Positions 1-12,277 of a stretch of DNA of 64,000 nucleotides are shown piece after piece. The translations under genes were made by a program, and so were the position numbers. Below the pieces are notes generated by a model. It saw only the letters and a program-made list of their open reading frames with translations, was not told the DNA's origin and did no database searches. The stretch spans positions 18,239,106 through 18,303,105 of the forward strand of contig JARDVH010000140.1 in NCBI GenBank assembly GCA_030324005.1, in the 5' to 3' direction. This stretch comes from Negaprion brevirostris. Its lineage: Eukaryota. Positions within the stretch are counted from its first letter, which is position 1. Each line of letters opens with the position of its first letter.

Positions 1-406
1 TATGAGGAAAGGCTGAGGGACTTGAGGCTGTTTTCGTTAGAGAGGTTAAGAGGTGACTTAATAGAGGCATATAAGATGATCAGAGGATTAGATAGGATGA
101 ACAGTGAGGCCTTTTTCCTTGGATGGAGATGGCTAGCACAAGGCGACATAGCTTTAAATTGAGGTGTGATAGATATAGGACAGATGTCAGAGGTAGGTTC
201 TTCACTCAGAGAGTAGTAAGGGCATGGATGCCCTGCCTGCAACAGCAGTGGACTTGCCAACATTAAGAGCATTTAAATGGTCATTAGATAAACATATGTA
301 TGATTTTGGAATAGTATATGTTAGATGGGCTTTAAATTGGTTTCACAGGTCAGCGCAACATTGAGGGCCGAAGGGCCTGTACTGCGCTGTAATGTTCTAT
401 GTTCTA
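1..406 (+). mobile_element. CR1-type LINE 3' end (RT C-terminus remnant plus tail)
   Basis: YEERLRDLRLFSLER-like coding remnant, gggccgaagggcctgt stem and (gttctat)n tail. Confidence 0.85.
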
Positions 407-580
407 AAAACCTATTTGGTTCACTAATGTCCTTCAAGGAAGGAAATCTGCTGTCCTTATCTGGTCTTGCCTACACGTGACTCCAGAGCCACAGCAATGT
501 GGCTGACTCTCAGCTGCAACTAGGGATGGGCAATAAATGTTGGCCAGCCAGTGATACCCATGTTCCACTTATGAAAAAAA
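407..580 (+). mobile_element. 3' part of an elasmobranch SINE/LINE-tail repeat
   Basis: ggttcactaatgtcc...gggatgggcaataaatg...aaaaaaa. Related sequence recurs at about 40230-40395, 44080-44300 and 45780-46190. Confidence 0.6.
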
Positions 581-2228
581 AGTTTCTGAGGACCAATGTA
601 CCCTTCCTGAGGCATCCTGCAGAGAATTGCTCACATCAATCCAGGAGTAGCCTAATCAGGGCTTAGTGTAGCTGCAGCATAACTTGAAATCCCTTGTACT
701 CTATTCATCGCCAGCATCGTCATCCTCCACCCTGCAGTGGCTTTGGGGATGGGCAGGAGGAGAGAATCTAGCAGGTGCCAAAAAGTTGGAAACTTGCCAG
801 CATAAAAACCCTTTGTAATTCTCCCACTGACTGGTAAATGGCAGGTAGGTGGTGAGTAGATTTTCCCATTTCCTGTAGATGTGAATGTCATTTCTATTAA
901 CTTGCATGCCACGTGTACTCATTAAAAGTCTCAAATCTGTTTCAAGAAGAGTGGCATTTGAAAAAGAGTGATATGCAAAGGGTGGACCTCAGTTCTGTTG
1001 AGATTTTCATGTGAATACAACCTACACAGCCTACCTGCCATAGCCCTGTGCTGCTCTTGTGCAGAGTGTCTCTCTGTTGGAGCATCCAGCTCCATCTTGA
1101 GCTCGTTTTTATAGACAGCACTACGCGGTGGGACTCATGGACCCTTCACCTGGACTAACTTTGGCCAGTTCTGTGCCTTGGGTGGACTGCAGGGATCTTT
1201 CACTTGCGGTGCTTACCACCATTGTCTGCATAGACAGAACTCTGCTGTGGGACTAATTCACCCTCCAGTTTGACAGATGGAAGTTCAACAGGGGATGGGA
1301 TATGAGGTGAGGGTGCAGCTGATGAGCACAAGGAAGATAAAGGGGAAGGAATGCTATGCAAGGGCAAGGGGAAGGGAAAGGAAAGGGGGCATGATGGAAG
1401 GCAAAAGGGACAAAGAGGTGGAGGAGAATGAGGAACAATGGAAAGCAAAGGAAGGACTGAGGGGCGGGAAATCTGTTTTGGGAGAGATCCACATGGGCAG
1501 TGATGGTCTTGAGGTGCGGGGCGGTGGAGGTTGTCAGAACGTCCAGCACCTTTTCAATGGGATCCAGTTATAGTAGGGAAAGCTGGAGAGTATTGGCATT
1601 GTTCTACGTGTGCATCCTGAGGCTCAAGGTAGGCAAGACAGTATAAGGGAGAGAGGGTCAAACTCAGGCCTAAAGCACAGGTGTCGCAGTACCATCTTGA
1701 ATTCCTAAATGGTTGGTGTACAAGAATGAAAGTAAAGACTGGGGGTAATATGAGGCAATGTGGGAGGATCACTCAACCGGGCTATGGGGATCCTTCTTGG
1801 AATGCACACTCCCTTGTTGGAGCCACTACAGTGGACAGGATCCAGGTGACTTACAACAGAGAGAGGCTTTGTTGCCCATGAAGCAACTGAAAGCAAATCA
1901 TTTCATTGTGCGCTGTTAAATAGATAGACAGAACACATTGGCTTCACATCATAGTGTCTCAACATCAACAAAACATCAGGTCAGAACACAGCCTCAGAGA
2001 ATGAAGGCAATAGTGAGGGCACAGTTGCATCATTTGCATTTATGCCATCCCACCATGAAGGGCAGGCACAGGTTAACAATCAATGCCATTCATCACAAAT
2101 TACTTTTCACGAGCAACTGAATGGTCATAATTCAAAGAATGGTGGGCAGATCTACTTTGCCGGAATAATTTCATTCACACCTTAGCTCACACCCCTGCAC
2201 TCCCCCCAAACCCCGATCCCCAGGGCTC

Positions 2229-2492
2229 GATAGAATCATAGAATCTCCACAGTGCAGGAGGCCATTTGGCCGATTGAGTCTACACCAACCACAATCTCAC
2301 CCAGGGCCTATCCACATAACCCCTTCTAATTCCCTAACAATAAGGGACAATTTAGCATGGCAATCCACCTAACCTACACATCTTTGGAGTATAGGAGGAA
2401 ACCACAGCACCCGAAGGAAACCCACGCAGACAGGCTGGAATTGAACCCGGGTCACTGGCTCTGAGAGGCAGCAGTGCTAACCCCTATGTCAC
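2229..2492 (-). mobile_element. tRNA-derived V-SINE/HE1-like SINE
   Basis: Reverse complement of gttagcactgctgcctc...gacccgggttcaattcc head, the V-domain body and a (attctatg)n CR1-like tail. Confidence 0.9.
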
Positions 2493-2779
2493 ACCTGTGG
2501 AATGGGATGCCTCCTGTGTGTGTTGTGTGCTGGATTCTCAGACGTGAGGCTGCATCAGGCACAATACAATCAAGGCACCCAAAGTTGTGCAGCCCCACAT
2601 CCCTCTTGCAAGTCTCTCAATCAGAGGTTCCCTTTTTGCACCCTATCACCATTTCCGTCTTCAATCTTTACTTTGAGGAAAGGCAAAAGGACAAATGGAT
2701 CCAGGGCTCCAGGTTGTGTTTCTCAACATCCGCATTCAATGGAGGAGATGTGGTGTCAGTGTACATAGCCTTAGCAGGA

Positions 2780-3580
2780 AGTATTGCCTGGGTGGATGTG
2801 GCCAAGGGGAGAGTGAGCATGAACAGGAGGGTGAGACCCAGACAACAGAGGCAGCTCACCACACCAAAGGGTTTATCATCAAAATGTCTCCAACTTAAAA
2901 ATTAGTGGGAAGCAGTGTGAGACATACCTGTGATTGTTCTGAGATACATCATATATGCCAAATTCTTCGTGAAGACCTGATACTACATAGTGTTAGCGGT
3001 TTCCCCTTGCCAGTGACTTTAAAGGTGATGACAGCACTTGATTTATTTGCCTCTGGTCCTTTCCATAGATCAACAGGGGACCCGAGCCACCCAATCTCTC
3101 AGCCCACATCACATTGCTGCATTAAGAGGTTGCCAATGCCCTTTACAGGAAGGCACATCACTGTGTCAGGTTTACTCTGGACAAGGATAGCCAGACTCAG
3201 GTTCACCATCTTCACAGCCATCTCAGTCTTCGCAAGAATGCAGAGTGCAAAAGACTGCACGCGTACGGCTATACAGGATTCCTGGCAGCAACCCCTAAAT
3301 GTGTATACCACAAGGGCCATCATCCCGTTAATGTACAACTAGCATGTGAACATCACAAACACATCCTGCATATGTGCACATTATCCTGGGAGTTGCTGTG
3401 ACTCCCACATCCTTGGCCATCCCACAGTGAAGGGCAGGTGCCTGGGAGTTTCAAGAGGCCAGAATGTCTGTAGGGATGGCTGTGGCTGCTGAGCAAAGGT
3501 ATAATGCTGCTCTCAGCTCTGCACTCTTATAGAGCAGACCACAGGGTTTCTGAAGATGTGGTTCAGATGACCAGGACATT
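2780..3580 (+). pseudogene. Decayed PIF/Harbinger (HARBI1-like) transposase
   Basis: Motif remnants appear in order across frameshifts: RVYHQNVSNL, PLPVTLKVMTALDLFASGPF..ISQPTSHCCIK, FARMQSAKDCT(H), HYPGSCCDSHIL, EQRYNAA, IEQTTGFLKMWFR. The LGDKGY segment appears deleted. Confidence 0.85.
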
Positions 3581-3699
3581 CATGTACCCATCCAATGAAT
3601 GACAATTTATTTACAGTGATCACATATCCCTGAATCAGAAGCAACATCAAAACCTTTTATCTTTTGTAGCCCTAGTACTATGCCTTGGTGCAGTCCAAA

Positions 3700-4380
3700 A
3701 ATCTGCAATAAAAGGTGGTGGCAGCCTGCTACATCCTGATGTCTGTGATGATCTTGGCAGAAGTCCTCTGGTTGCATAAGACCTGGAGGGCACTGGCTTA
3801 TCAGGGTCACCTGCTCACTTTGCACTGTTGGAATGCATGCAGACATAGGCAGAGGGGATTCTGAGCAGCTCCACACTCTTGGAAGTCTCTTGAGATCCCA
3901 GGGTGCTCATCCTCCCTGTGGGTGCCAGCCTGACTCCTTCAGGAGCCAAAGCATCTGGAGGAAGGTGGAGGTGCCTCGCTCTATCGTCCACATCCTGATG
4001 GTGCCCACCACGATGTGCGGCCATTACGTGCAGGGTCGAGTGCAACTCCAACAAGTCCTGCTGGACCAAGATTTCCATGGTGGTCATCAAATTTCCTCTG
4101 ATTCTTATTAAACTTATTGAACATCAGAAGAGTAGGCAGGTAGGTGGATTTGGGAAGAGAATTCAGACCACCAGACCAGAATTTCCATTTCTAAAAAGTA
4201 AACCTTTGGAACAGTTTACATCATGGAGGTTCCTACATATTTCAATCAGCAACTGCAGCTGAATTTGATGTACTTCCTTTCAGCCCTAACCTTCCGGGTT
4301 ATGAAATTACATTCGCCATCATGATTCCAAAAATGGTTAATTGCCAATCATTGGGCCAGGTGAGCTGTAGGATTGCCCCC
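3700..4380 (-). mobile_element. Probable remainder of the Harbinger element (decayed convergent second ORF and TIR-like ends)
   Basis: GC-richer sequence with a convergent ORF remnant (MTTMEILVQQDLLELHSTLH). TIR-like motifs gagaattcagacc (about 4158) and ggattgccccc (about 4370) resemble the ends of the MITEs in this window. Confidence 0.4.
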
Positions 4381-4889
4381 ACAAAAAAAAAGCCAACCCC
4401 TCATTTTTAATGACCAAAAAAGGAGGAACACAAGGTGGGAGGTGATGACAATGAGGAGTAGATCAAGCAATTAAAGCAGAGATTACAAATTGGGCAGTTG
4501 TAAAGCTTTAAGGAATTTCATAGACACGAAGCAGAGGATCGAATGAGTTGACAATGGGTGAAGGCTGGTAATGAAATCAGGGGTGGTTACAAGTTGATTA
4601 CAAAATAGGCAAAGGAGTTTTTCTAGGACCCTGCATGGTGGAGCTCAGGAGATGACAAAGTTGTAGTGTTGTAGAGCTCGAGGTTGGAGGCAACAGAGAC
4701 ATGAAGGTAGGGCATGGATATTTGCACCAATATTATATTAGAAATGGGTAGTTTTTGAGATGAACAGAATATGGGATTGGAAGCTCAATGCAATCAGGAT
4801 GCAAAGGCTGTGCAGCTCAAGTGAGCCAATGGGAAGGTGGACGAAATAACAGTTAAGATGTAGTGCTTCTGGACAGGATTATTTCAACT

Positions 4890-7800
4890 TTGCATTCAAA
4901 ACTTTTTAAATATTTATTAGCCATAGTTGCATTAATTTTCTATTTCAGGTACTAACTGAGCTATATGCCACCAGCATTTTGTCTTTTAAATTTCATTAAC
5001 ATCCACATAACCAAAAAAAAATTCNNNNNNNNNNNNNNNNNNNNNNNNNNNNNNNNNNNNNNGAGAACATTGTACTTCATACAACAGTGCATTACTTCAC
5101 ATTAAGCAACTTAGCACACTTGCAATAAAAAAAATTGTACAGTGGAACATCCCATAATGCAAAATAGCATACAGTGACAATCTAACATGAAGTGTAGGTA
5201 GGACCAGTGACAGAAACTGCAAATTGTCAAGTGGACTGATTAAGCCTCACAAAGTAAGTCATGAAGTGAAAACTACAGCCTGCACAACAGAGCCTGTGGA
5301 ACAAAATAAAATTGTCAAGTGCTCCTACTTGATTCGTCCTAAATGTTTTGTTCAGTTTTATCTGAAGGCACGGTCATGACTTGTGCCAAAACAAATATTC
5401 TGTGCTATGATAGTCTTGAAAGGTGGTGCCATAAGGCTGAAGATAAAGTACTAGATTTTAAAAAGCTAAGTAGTAGTATTCGTACTACCGTATTACAAAA
5501 ACAAGACTTAAAAATGAAGTTGTATTCATACAGCACATGCAATCACATCNNNNNNNNNNTCTTATGAACAAACAATGGTGTAAAAATCAGTTTCACGAAT
5601 ATGAACCAAATGTGAAAACTGAATGCCAAGGCAACAGACGGCACGCACACAGTCTGTAGGGTACAGCTATAAGTTAAGAAAATGTACAGCTCAAATATTC
5701 ACAATGTAAACAATATAATAACCACATTTTAAAAAGACCACATATAATTGCTTCATATAAAAATGCCCTTTAAAAGTTGTTGAACTGCAGTGGTTTGAAA
5801 AACAAATTCCAATAGCAGGCTCCAGACTCTCGATATCTGTATTCAAACTCTTGAGCATCAATATGCTGTCTGATCCTCTTAGATAATTTCACATCATGTT
5901 CCAGACAAAATTCATTTATCAGTCTTAATATCCTCCTCTAATTTACAACAGAAGCCATATTTAGACAAAAATGGATATACAGCAGTATTAGGAGCTTGTA
6001 GAGATAGCAGTATCTAAAAAAGTCAGTAAAAATTGTTGACACCCCACTTACTTTGCTACACTTTGAAAGCTATGATTAATTGCATAATTTCAGGTTAGGA
6101 TAGGAAAGGCAGGAATCTTTGAAATCAAACACATCCAACAGCAGCCCCGTCGTCAAAATGATTGTGCAAACCCCTCCTAACTGGCTGAATGTGCTTCAGG
6201 TTGCTATGATGTGAGTTGAATTTGGTACCAAGATGAGGCACCAGATGAAATGTAACTGCCAGCAAAATAGTGACAAAAGGAAGTGTACAGTCAAACTGCT
6301 CTGTTTGAATGGTCACTTGATGAAAAATGTACTAAAAGGGAACACTTTGCATATCTAAAATAAAGTATGCAATGTAGATTTCCAAAAAGACAAATGTGCA
6401 TCTCATAGACAAAAAGGGAACAAATAATGCTAATTATAGTTGGAACCCAAAACTTCATTTCTTTTGCTCTTTTATCATGGCTTAAATTTCACTTTTAATG
6501 AATGTTTCAAATACCTTGTGGTTTAGACATCACAACTTTTTCCAAAATTATTTCTGAGTGATTGAGATTGGTTGAGTCTTTTATAATGATGTTTCTGCCT
6601 ATTGTTTTGCGTCAGTTGCATTGCATTTTAATTATTTTGTTAAAAAGATACACATATCCAGGATATCCCAGCTAAACCCAAGACCACATGGCTCTGCAAA
6701 ATGTTATTCCATAATATGTGTATGTTGCTTAAAATTAGATAACAATTTAATGTACGGAATATGAGCAGTGCTTACAGCTTTTATTACACCAAGTATAATT
6801 GTGCAATTTTGAGAGGTGGTACAGAACATCAACAAGACTAGATGAGAACACAGGAAAACAGTCGTATTTGCAAACTACGTACATGGGAGAAAATCATTAT
6901 TACAAAGATACTACCAATATTCTCAACATATTTTCCACAAGTTTCCAGTACAACATCTAGCTTAGGTACTGCAGTATTATTAGATGGAGCAGTATAAATT
7001 ATTCCCAGTAGTACGAGTGTTTATCGATCAAAGGAAAATGTTGACGTTCTTATTGCTGTAACCAAATTGAAGTAAAAATAGATGACATATTTCAATTAAA
7101 ATAGTTCCAGTTTAAAATAATAATTGTTGGCCCTATGAAATGTACTCTCAATCAGGGGAGTTAGTGGAGAAATGTTGAATATTATACATGTAGCAGGAGT
7201 AAAGACAGTAAATTTAGATTCGCCCCTTTAACAAAATACAAAAACCCATACCAGAGATTTATAAAACTAAAAAAAAATCACAAGTTTTCTCTCTTTAAAG
7301 GAGAAATCACATTCAAAAGTGATTTCCTATTTAGGTTGGTTACACAGGATGAATTTATGTCCTTCCAATGGGACCAACAGATGGCACTTTAGGGGTAGAA
7401 TACACAAAAGGATATAAAGAAATGGCAGAGAACAGTTATTACAAGGATTCCCCTTTAAACTGATGTGGAAGGTCTTATCAAAAGCCCACTGCAGTGTTCA
7501 AGTAATAATTCACATTAACCCTGAATGCAAACCACCTTAAAAGGAACACACAAACTAACACAAAAACAATTTGTAAACCCATTTCATAGTGATGGAAAAT
7601 GAGGGAGTTCAGCAGGTCAAAAATATTGCAGCTAACAGTCACCATATAGCCCTGCTAAGAGAGTTGATCTCAATTTTACTGTAAGCCAGCTTGGGGATGA
7701 TTAAGGAATAGTGCAATCTAGATTCTGTTGTGCACTGCATTTCACTATAACACATGGAATATATTCCAAGGGCTCAACAGCCATTTTCACAAGATTACAT

Positions 7801-8290
7801 AAGAGTAGTTTTGAGGGGGAAGAATTGCATCAGTAAAGGTGGTGATGGAATAAATGGTCAGTATTCTCTGTTAGCAGGAGGTTTAGATTAAGTACATAAC
7901 ATTCAATTAGAAAGAATGTTACTTTAAAGCAAAAAGTGACATCGCATTTTTAAAGTACAGGACCTATCACACACAGAACTTATTACATGGAACAGTTTTT
8001 CCCTGATTTCAATTAGAGGTATGTTAAACAAACTGGTTGATTTAACTGCAAGCGTGTTCAGTGTTAGCTGGTGTGCTCTTTTAAATAAGATCTTGTAGTT
8101 AAAGGGTTTGGTTTCACATAATTTTAAGTCAAAACCAACTACAGAAATAAAGCAAGAAGTCTAAGGTCTATATACGGTCATTGAGAAAATAAAACCCACA
8201 TTTAACAATATATAGAAAATAAATTGTAAAGTGCATGTTCCTTGAAAAACACCTGCCTCTCATAGGGAAGCCTCGCTTTGGGGCTTAGGG
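4890..8290 (-). other. SSH2: Putative SSH2 3' UTR (about 3.4 kb)
   Basis: AU-rich sequence following the stop codon, with no recognisable SINE or CR1 copies. It ends at a candidate poly(A) signal, beyond which repeat-derived sequence begins. Confidence 0.6.
4913..4918 (-). terminator. Candidate polyadenylation signal AATAAA for SSH2
   Basis: tttatt on the + strand, i.e. ggctAATAAAtatttaaaaagttttgaatgcaa on the minus strand. Located at the boundary between unique UTR-like and repeat-like sequence. Confidence 0.55.
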
Positions 8291-10396
8291 TCACATGGTA
8301 TTATATAAAGGATTGGTTGTGCGTTTTTTCTCAATTGCTGTTTTTAATCGCTTTAGCGGATGATTTCTATAATGGCGCTGTCGGGGTGCTATAGCTGTCA
8401 GTGGGGTGGGACAGGGTGTGTCTGGGTCAGAAGGGGAGGAAGGCTTTATCTGTGGAAGATTCTCTTCTGTACTTGCCAATGGATTTTCTTGGGCTGACTC
8501 AACTGCTTTGGCATATTGCATTAAAGACTTCTCTACAGGCTTGCTTTGTACAACACTTTTTGATGCTTTAAGCTGCTCTGCAGAACACATTGTGGGCTGA
8601 GGATTTTGCTGGAGAATAGAGATGGAAATACATTTCTTTTTGCTGGGCTCATCTTCCACAGCACATTCAGTTCTGTACTCACTTGGACTTTGCATGGTCC
8701 ACGGCGTGTCCTGGTTAGAGCCTGAAAATGCTTGGTAAGTCTCAGAACTATTGAAGCTGTTTCTAACTAAATCATCCCTTGAAAGCTCCAGGTAACCCAG
8801 TTTAGCAATAGATGCTGAACGTTTCATCTGTGATGGAGTTGTGAGGCCTGCCTGCCTTATCTTAGCTTCTATTTCCTTTNNNNNNNNNNNNNNNNNNNNN
8901 NNNNNNNNNNNNNNNNNNNNNNNNNNNTCATTGCTGGAGCCATCGCTAAGATCATGATCAAGATTTGAAAAATTTAATATCGCCTGCATTTCTCTGATAC
9001 TTTCATCAAATCTGCTGAAACTCAACTCTAAATCCTCATGATTCAGCACAGTGATGTAACCACCTTCTGCTCCTTGCAAAGGCCTCATTTTGGTGTCAGC
9101 TTCCTGAATCCCCAAATGTTGCTTACCAAGGATTTCTGCATCAGTATCTGTACTCGACTCTGTGACACCGTCCAGGTGCAGTACGTGTGTCTGACAGTCC
9201 AAGTCTTTTAGTGGCAAACGTTTTGCATCACTAACAAACAAAGCAACTTCATACTCCGAGAAGCTGTCAACATCTTTTGAAGGACTACAAGGTTTGAAGG
9301 TCTTTTCTTCAATTTCTTTGTTGTGGATTTCGGCCAAACTTACAATGTCCAATAATGGTAATAATTGAGGCTGGCATGGATTACCAGCGGTTTCTATTAT
9401 TTCCAGATCATCTGCAGTCTGGATGATGGCCTTATCTTCCTTTCCTGGAGATTCATCTTCAATAACGATCTTTTCTTCCGCTGTCAAGGAAAGGGTATCA
9501 TTGTTTTCTTGAGATATTGGGGGTTTAAATACATGAGTGTATTCAATTATCTCAATTTTCTTTGGAAGCTGGGTATATGAATCTGGTACTTCGGGGGCTT
9601 CAAAAGAATGGATGTTCCTATGTTCCACAGTGCTCAAAGAGCCAGGTTCAGCTTGTTCCACTTGCAGTCTTGATTCTAACGGATGCTCTATCTCACACAA
9701 CTGAGAGTCTAAGACTGGTTCTTGATTAGGAGATACATCAAGCTCAAATAACAAACATTGGTCGTCAGCAATCCTTTCTCTTCCTTTCTCCTCGAGTAAC
9801 GATTCAGGAGAGACAGCTTGACTCTTGTTTATCACCACAAATTCACCAGCTGTAGCTCCATCAATTTTGGAATTTTTACGGATTGGTAACATTACTAATG
9901 ATTGGTGCTCTTGCTCTTGTTTCATTCGTTCTTCAAACTCCTGAGTTGCACGTTTTACTGAGCCAGGACACCATTTTGGCACCTGTTCATGACTTATACT
10001 TTCATCTGGTATACTCTCTTTAATGGCTGTCTCCTGGCATCCCTCATAGCTTTTGGCTGTTAAATGCATCTGAAGACCTGCATTGTCCTTGGCTTCAAAC
10101 AAATCAGTGGCTTTTTTGTAATTGTTTTCAGCAACTGAAAAATTGTTTGCAGAAAGGTTTTTTGCAGTGTTACCGTTTTCAGAAAGCCAATGAAAATCTG
10201 CTGGTAGTTCATGAACTGTATTCCTCTTTGGTGTTTGGGTCTGGTTAGTGGCAACATTTTCCATCTTGCTTTGGCACAAGGCTGAACTGTGGCTGGACTC
10301 TATTCCTGTCACTATTTCTTTCACAGAAATAACATTTAATGACTGAGACCTTGTTAAGGAAGATTTCTTACTGGACGATTTTGAAATCAGATTTTC
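8291..10396 (-). CDS. SSH2: SSH2 last coding exon: ENLISKSS...ISVKEIVT...KWCPGSVKRATQEFEER...MKRSASIAKLGYL...KKRTTNPLYNTM*
   Basis: Extends ORF 8291..10324 in frame to the acceptor ttttcctcag at 10397. The C-terminus KKRTTNPxYNTM is diagnostic for SSH2 rather than SSH1 or SSH3. Contains an in-frame 48-N gap (8880-8927). Confidence 0.96.
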   Translation of the reverse strand, partial: ENLISKSSSKKSSLTRSQSLNVISVKEIVTGIESSHSSALCQSKMENVATNQTQTPKRNTVHELPADFHWLSENGNTAKNLSANNFSVAENNYKKATDLFEAKDNAGLQMHLTAKSYEGCQETAIKESIPDESISHEQVPKWCPGSVKRATQEFEERMKQEQEHQSLVMLPIRKNSKIDGATAGEFVVINKSQAVSPESLLEEKGRERIADDQCLLFELDVSPNQEPVLDSQLCEIEHPLESRLQVEQAEPGSLSTVEHRNIHSFEAPEVPDSYTQLPKKIEIIEYTHVFKPPISQENNDTLSLTAEEKIVIEDESPGKEDKAIIQTADDLEIIETAGNPCQPQLLPLLDIVSLAEIHNKEIEEKTFKPCSPSKDVDSFSEYEVALFVSDAKRLPLKDLDCQTHVLHLDGVTESSTDTDAEILGKQHLGIQEADTKMRPLQGAEGGYITVLNHEDLELSFSRFDESIREMQAILNFSNLDHDLSDGSSNXXXXXXXXXXXXXXXXXKEIEAKIRQAGLTTPSQMKRSASIAKLGYLELSRDDLVRNSFNSSETYQAFSGSNQDTPWTMQSPSEYRTECAVEDEPSKKKCISISILQQNPQPTMCSAEQLKASKSVVQSKPVEKSLMQYAKAVESAQENPLASTEENLPQIKPSSPSDPDTPCPTPLTAIAPRQRHYRNHPLKRLKTAIEKKRTTNPLYNTM

Positions 10397-10566
10397 CTGA
10401 GGAAAACAGAATACAATATCAGCACAACATTATAGCTTTTACATGATCTCTGCATAAGCAAACCCCATCCCACAGAAGTAAACACTTTAGATTATAAACA
10501 CAGAGGAGTAATTTTTAAAGAACTTTACACTTTGCATAACACGTGCACGCACACAATAAATTACAT

Positions 10567-11373
10567 CAGGGGTTCCCAAACTGAGGTCCGCAGGAGCCGC
10601 CCATGGAGTCTATGACAAGACAGACACATTTGAAAAAAATCCTCAGGGTTGTCCAATCAGAGGCTGGCTCTTTCAGCAGCTAGCCTCTGACTGGGTGACC
10701 ATGGAGAGAGGAGCAATGGGAAGAGAGGACCTCAGAATGGAATGCAGAGCAGATAACAGAGCATGGGATGGAGTGATGGTGTCTAGAGTGTGTCTCTGAG
10801 CACATGAGAGAGAGAGAGAGTGGGAATGAGCTTGAGAGGGGAGGCAAGTGTGTGTATGAGAGAAGAGAACACAAGTGCGTACAGAGTGGGTGGGTGGGTG
10901 AGTGGGTGGGTGAGGAGGAGGAAGAACAGATATAACAGGTACGTCAGAGAGGAGGAGATGCAAATATGATAGAGAGGGGAGGGGAGAGGAGAGATGTGTG
11001 AAGAGAGAGAGGTCTGTATGTCCAATGGGAGTATCAGCTTTCCTGCATCATTTCTCCTATTAAAAATGACAGAAATTTATATGACTTAAAATATAAAAGG
11101 AGAACTTCTTAAACATTACCAATTATCCACTTCTAAGGGGGTTAACATGAGGGGATCATGTAGCTGGTGAATGTATTTGTGGCTGTGTGCCTCTTCCCCA
11201 TTCCTAATATATACATACATAGATAAAGCTAGAAAAGATTTGTTTATATTTGGTTTCTGTGCTCACACCTACTTTGTGGCACAAAAGTGGTGTCAACATT
11301 GAGATATTTGGGGTTCCCTGATGCACATGGGAGATCAATAAGGATTCCATGGCTCAAAGTTTGAGAAACCCTG
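10567..11373. mobile_element. Non-autonomous hAT (Charlie-like) DNA transposon
   Basis: TIRs CAGGGGTTCCCAAACT / AGTTTGAGAAACCCTG (14/16 complementary). 8-bp TSD aattacat / aattatat. GA-rich interior. Confidence 0.88.
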
Positions 11374-12277
11374 AATTATATGAATACTGATGAAATACAA
11401 AATACTTAAGTAAAACATTCATGTGCACTTTGAAATTTCAAGTTCTCTGTCACATTGCTCCACCCATTAACATTATAAACCTTATCCCAAATGGAAGGAA
11501 AGCATCCTTGCCCAAGAATTTGGAGTTGAACTGATCAGTGCTAAAACACACAAAGTTAATTCAATGGGAACAATAGTACAATACTATATACAAATATATC
11601 AATTAATTTATTTCTGATGGCCATATTTGTGTGCCCAAGGCAAGATATACAAGTACTATCGTATGGAGCAGCTTTCCATAGTTGCCATTCACTAGCAACA
11701 TGAAGCATTCTAAGGAGTACTGTGGAAGACAGCCTTTAGCAGAAATAGTTCTTTGTTCACCATTTCCAACATGGTTCAACTCCAACCTGACAAAAGTTCC
11801 TGCCAACTGCAGCAATGTTTTATTTCTCATGTCCGAAGTTCTGGCAACAGTGTTAAACATGGACCATTTCATCCTCTGGGTTTACAATCAATAGGAGCTA
11901 GGTTGTACATGACTTAAATTAATTTCACACATGGCAGACAGAGAGAGAGAGATTTGCAATCTATCAGACTGGGATGGATTCAAACCCCAATTCTTGGAAG
12001 TAGAATGACAATGTGCCACCAACATAGATCTCCAACATATTTGGCAACTAACCATACTGGAAAAAGAACTAAGTCAGAACAATAATATAATGGAAGACAG
12101 ATGCAATTTGAACAAAAATGATAATGCTTAAAGAACATAGTTCATAGAGATTAAATTTTTTTTTGAAATAATTAGCATCGCAAGCTGAAATACTTTAAAG
12201 TTGTACAGCACATTTTGCTCAGTTCATTAGTAATTACTTCTGATGGTTTGAATTGATAAAAACTGCAGTATTTTTAC

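Noticed and set aside
1200-1573. Overlapping ORFs with Pro/Ser-rich or Glu/Gly-rich translations
   Set aside because: They arise from a purine-rich low-complexity tract in decayed transposon-like sequence and show no recognisable domain or splice structure.
10673-11025. His/Ser/Leu-rich ORFs on the minus strand
   Set aside because: Translations of the GA/GT low-complexity interior of the hAT element.
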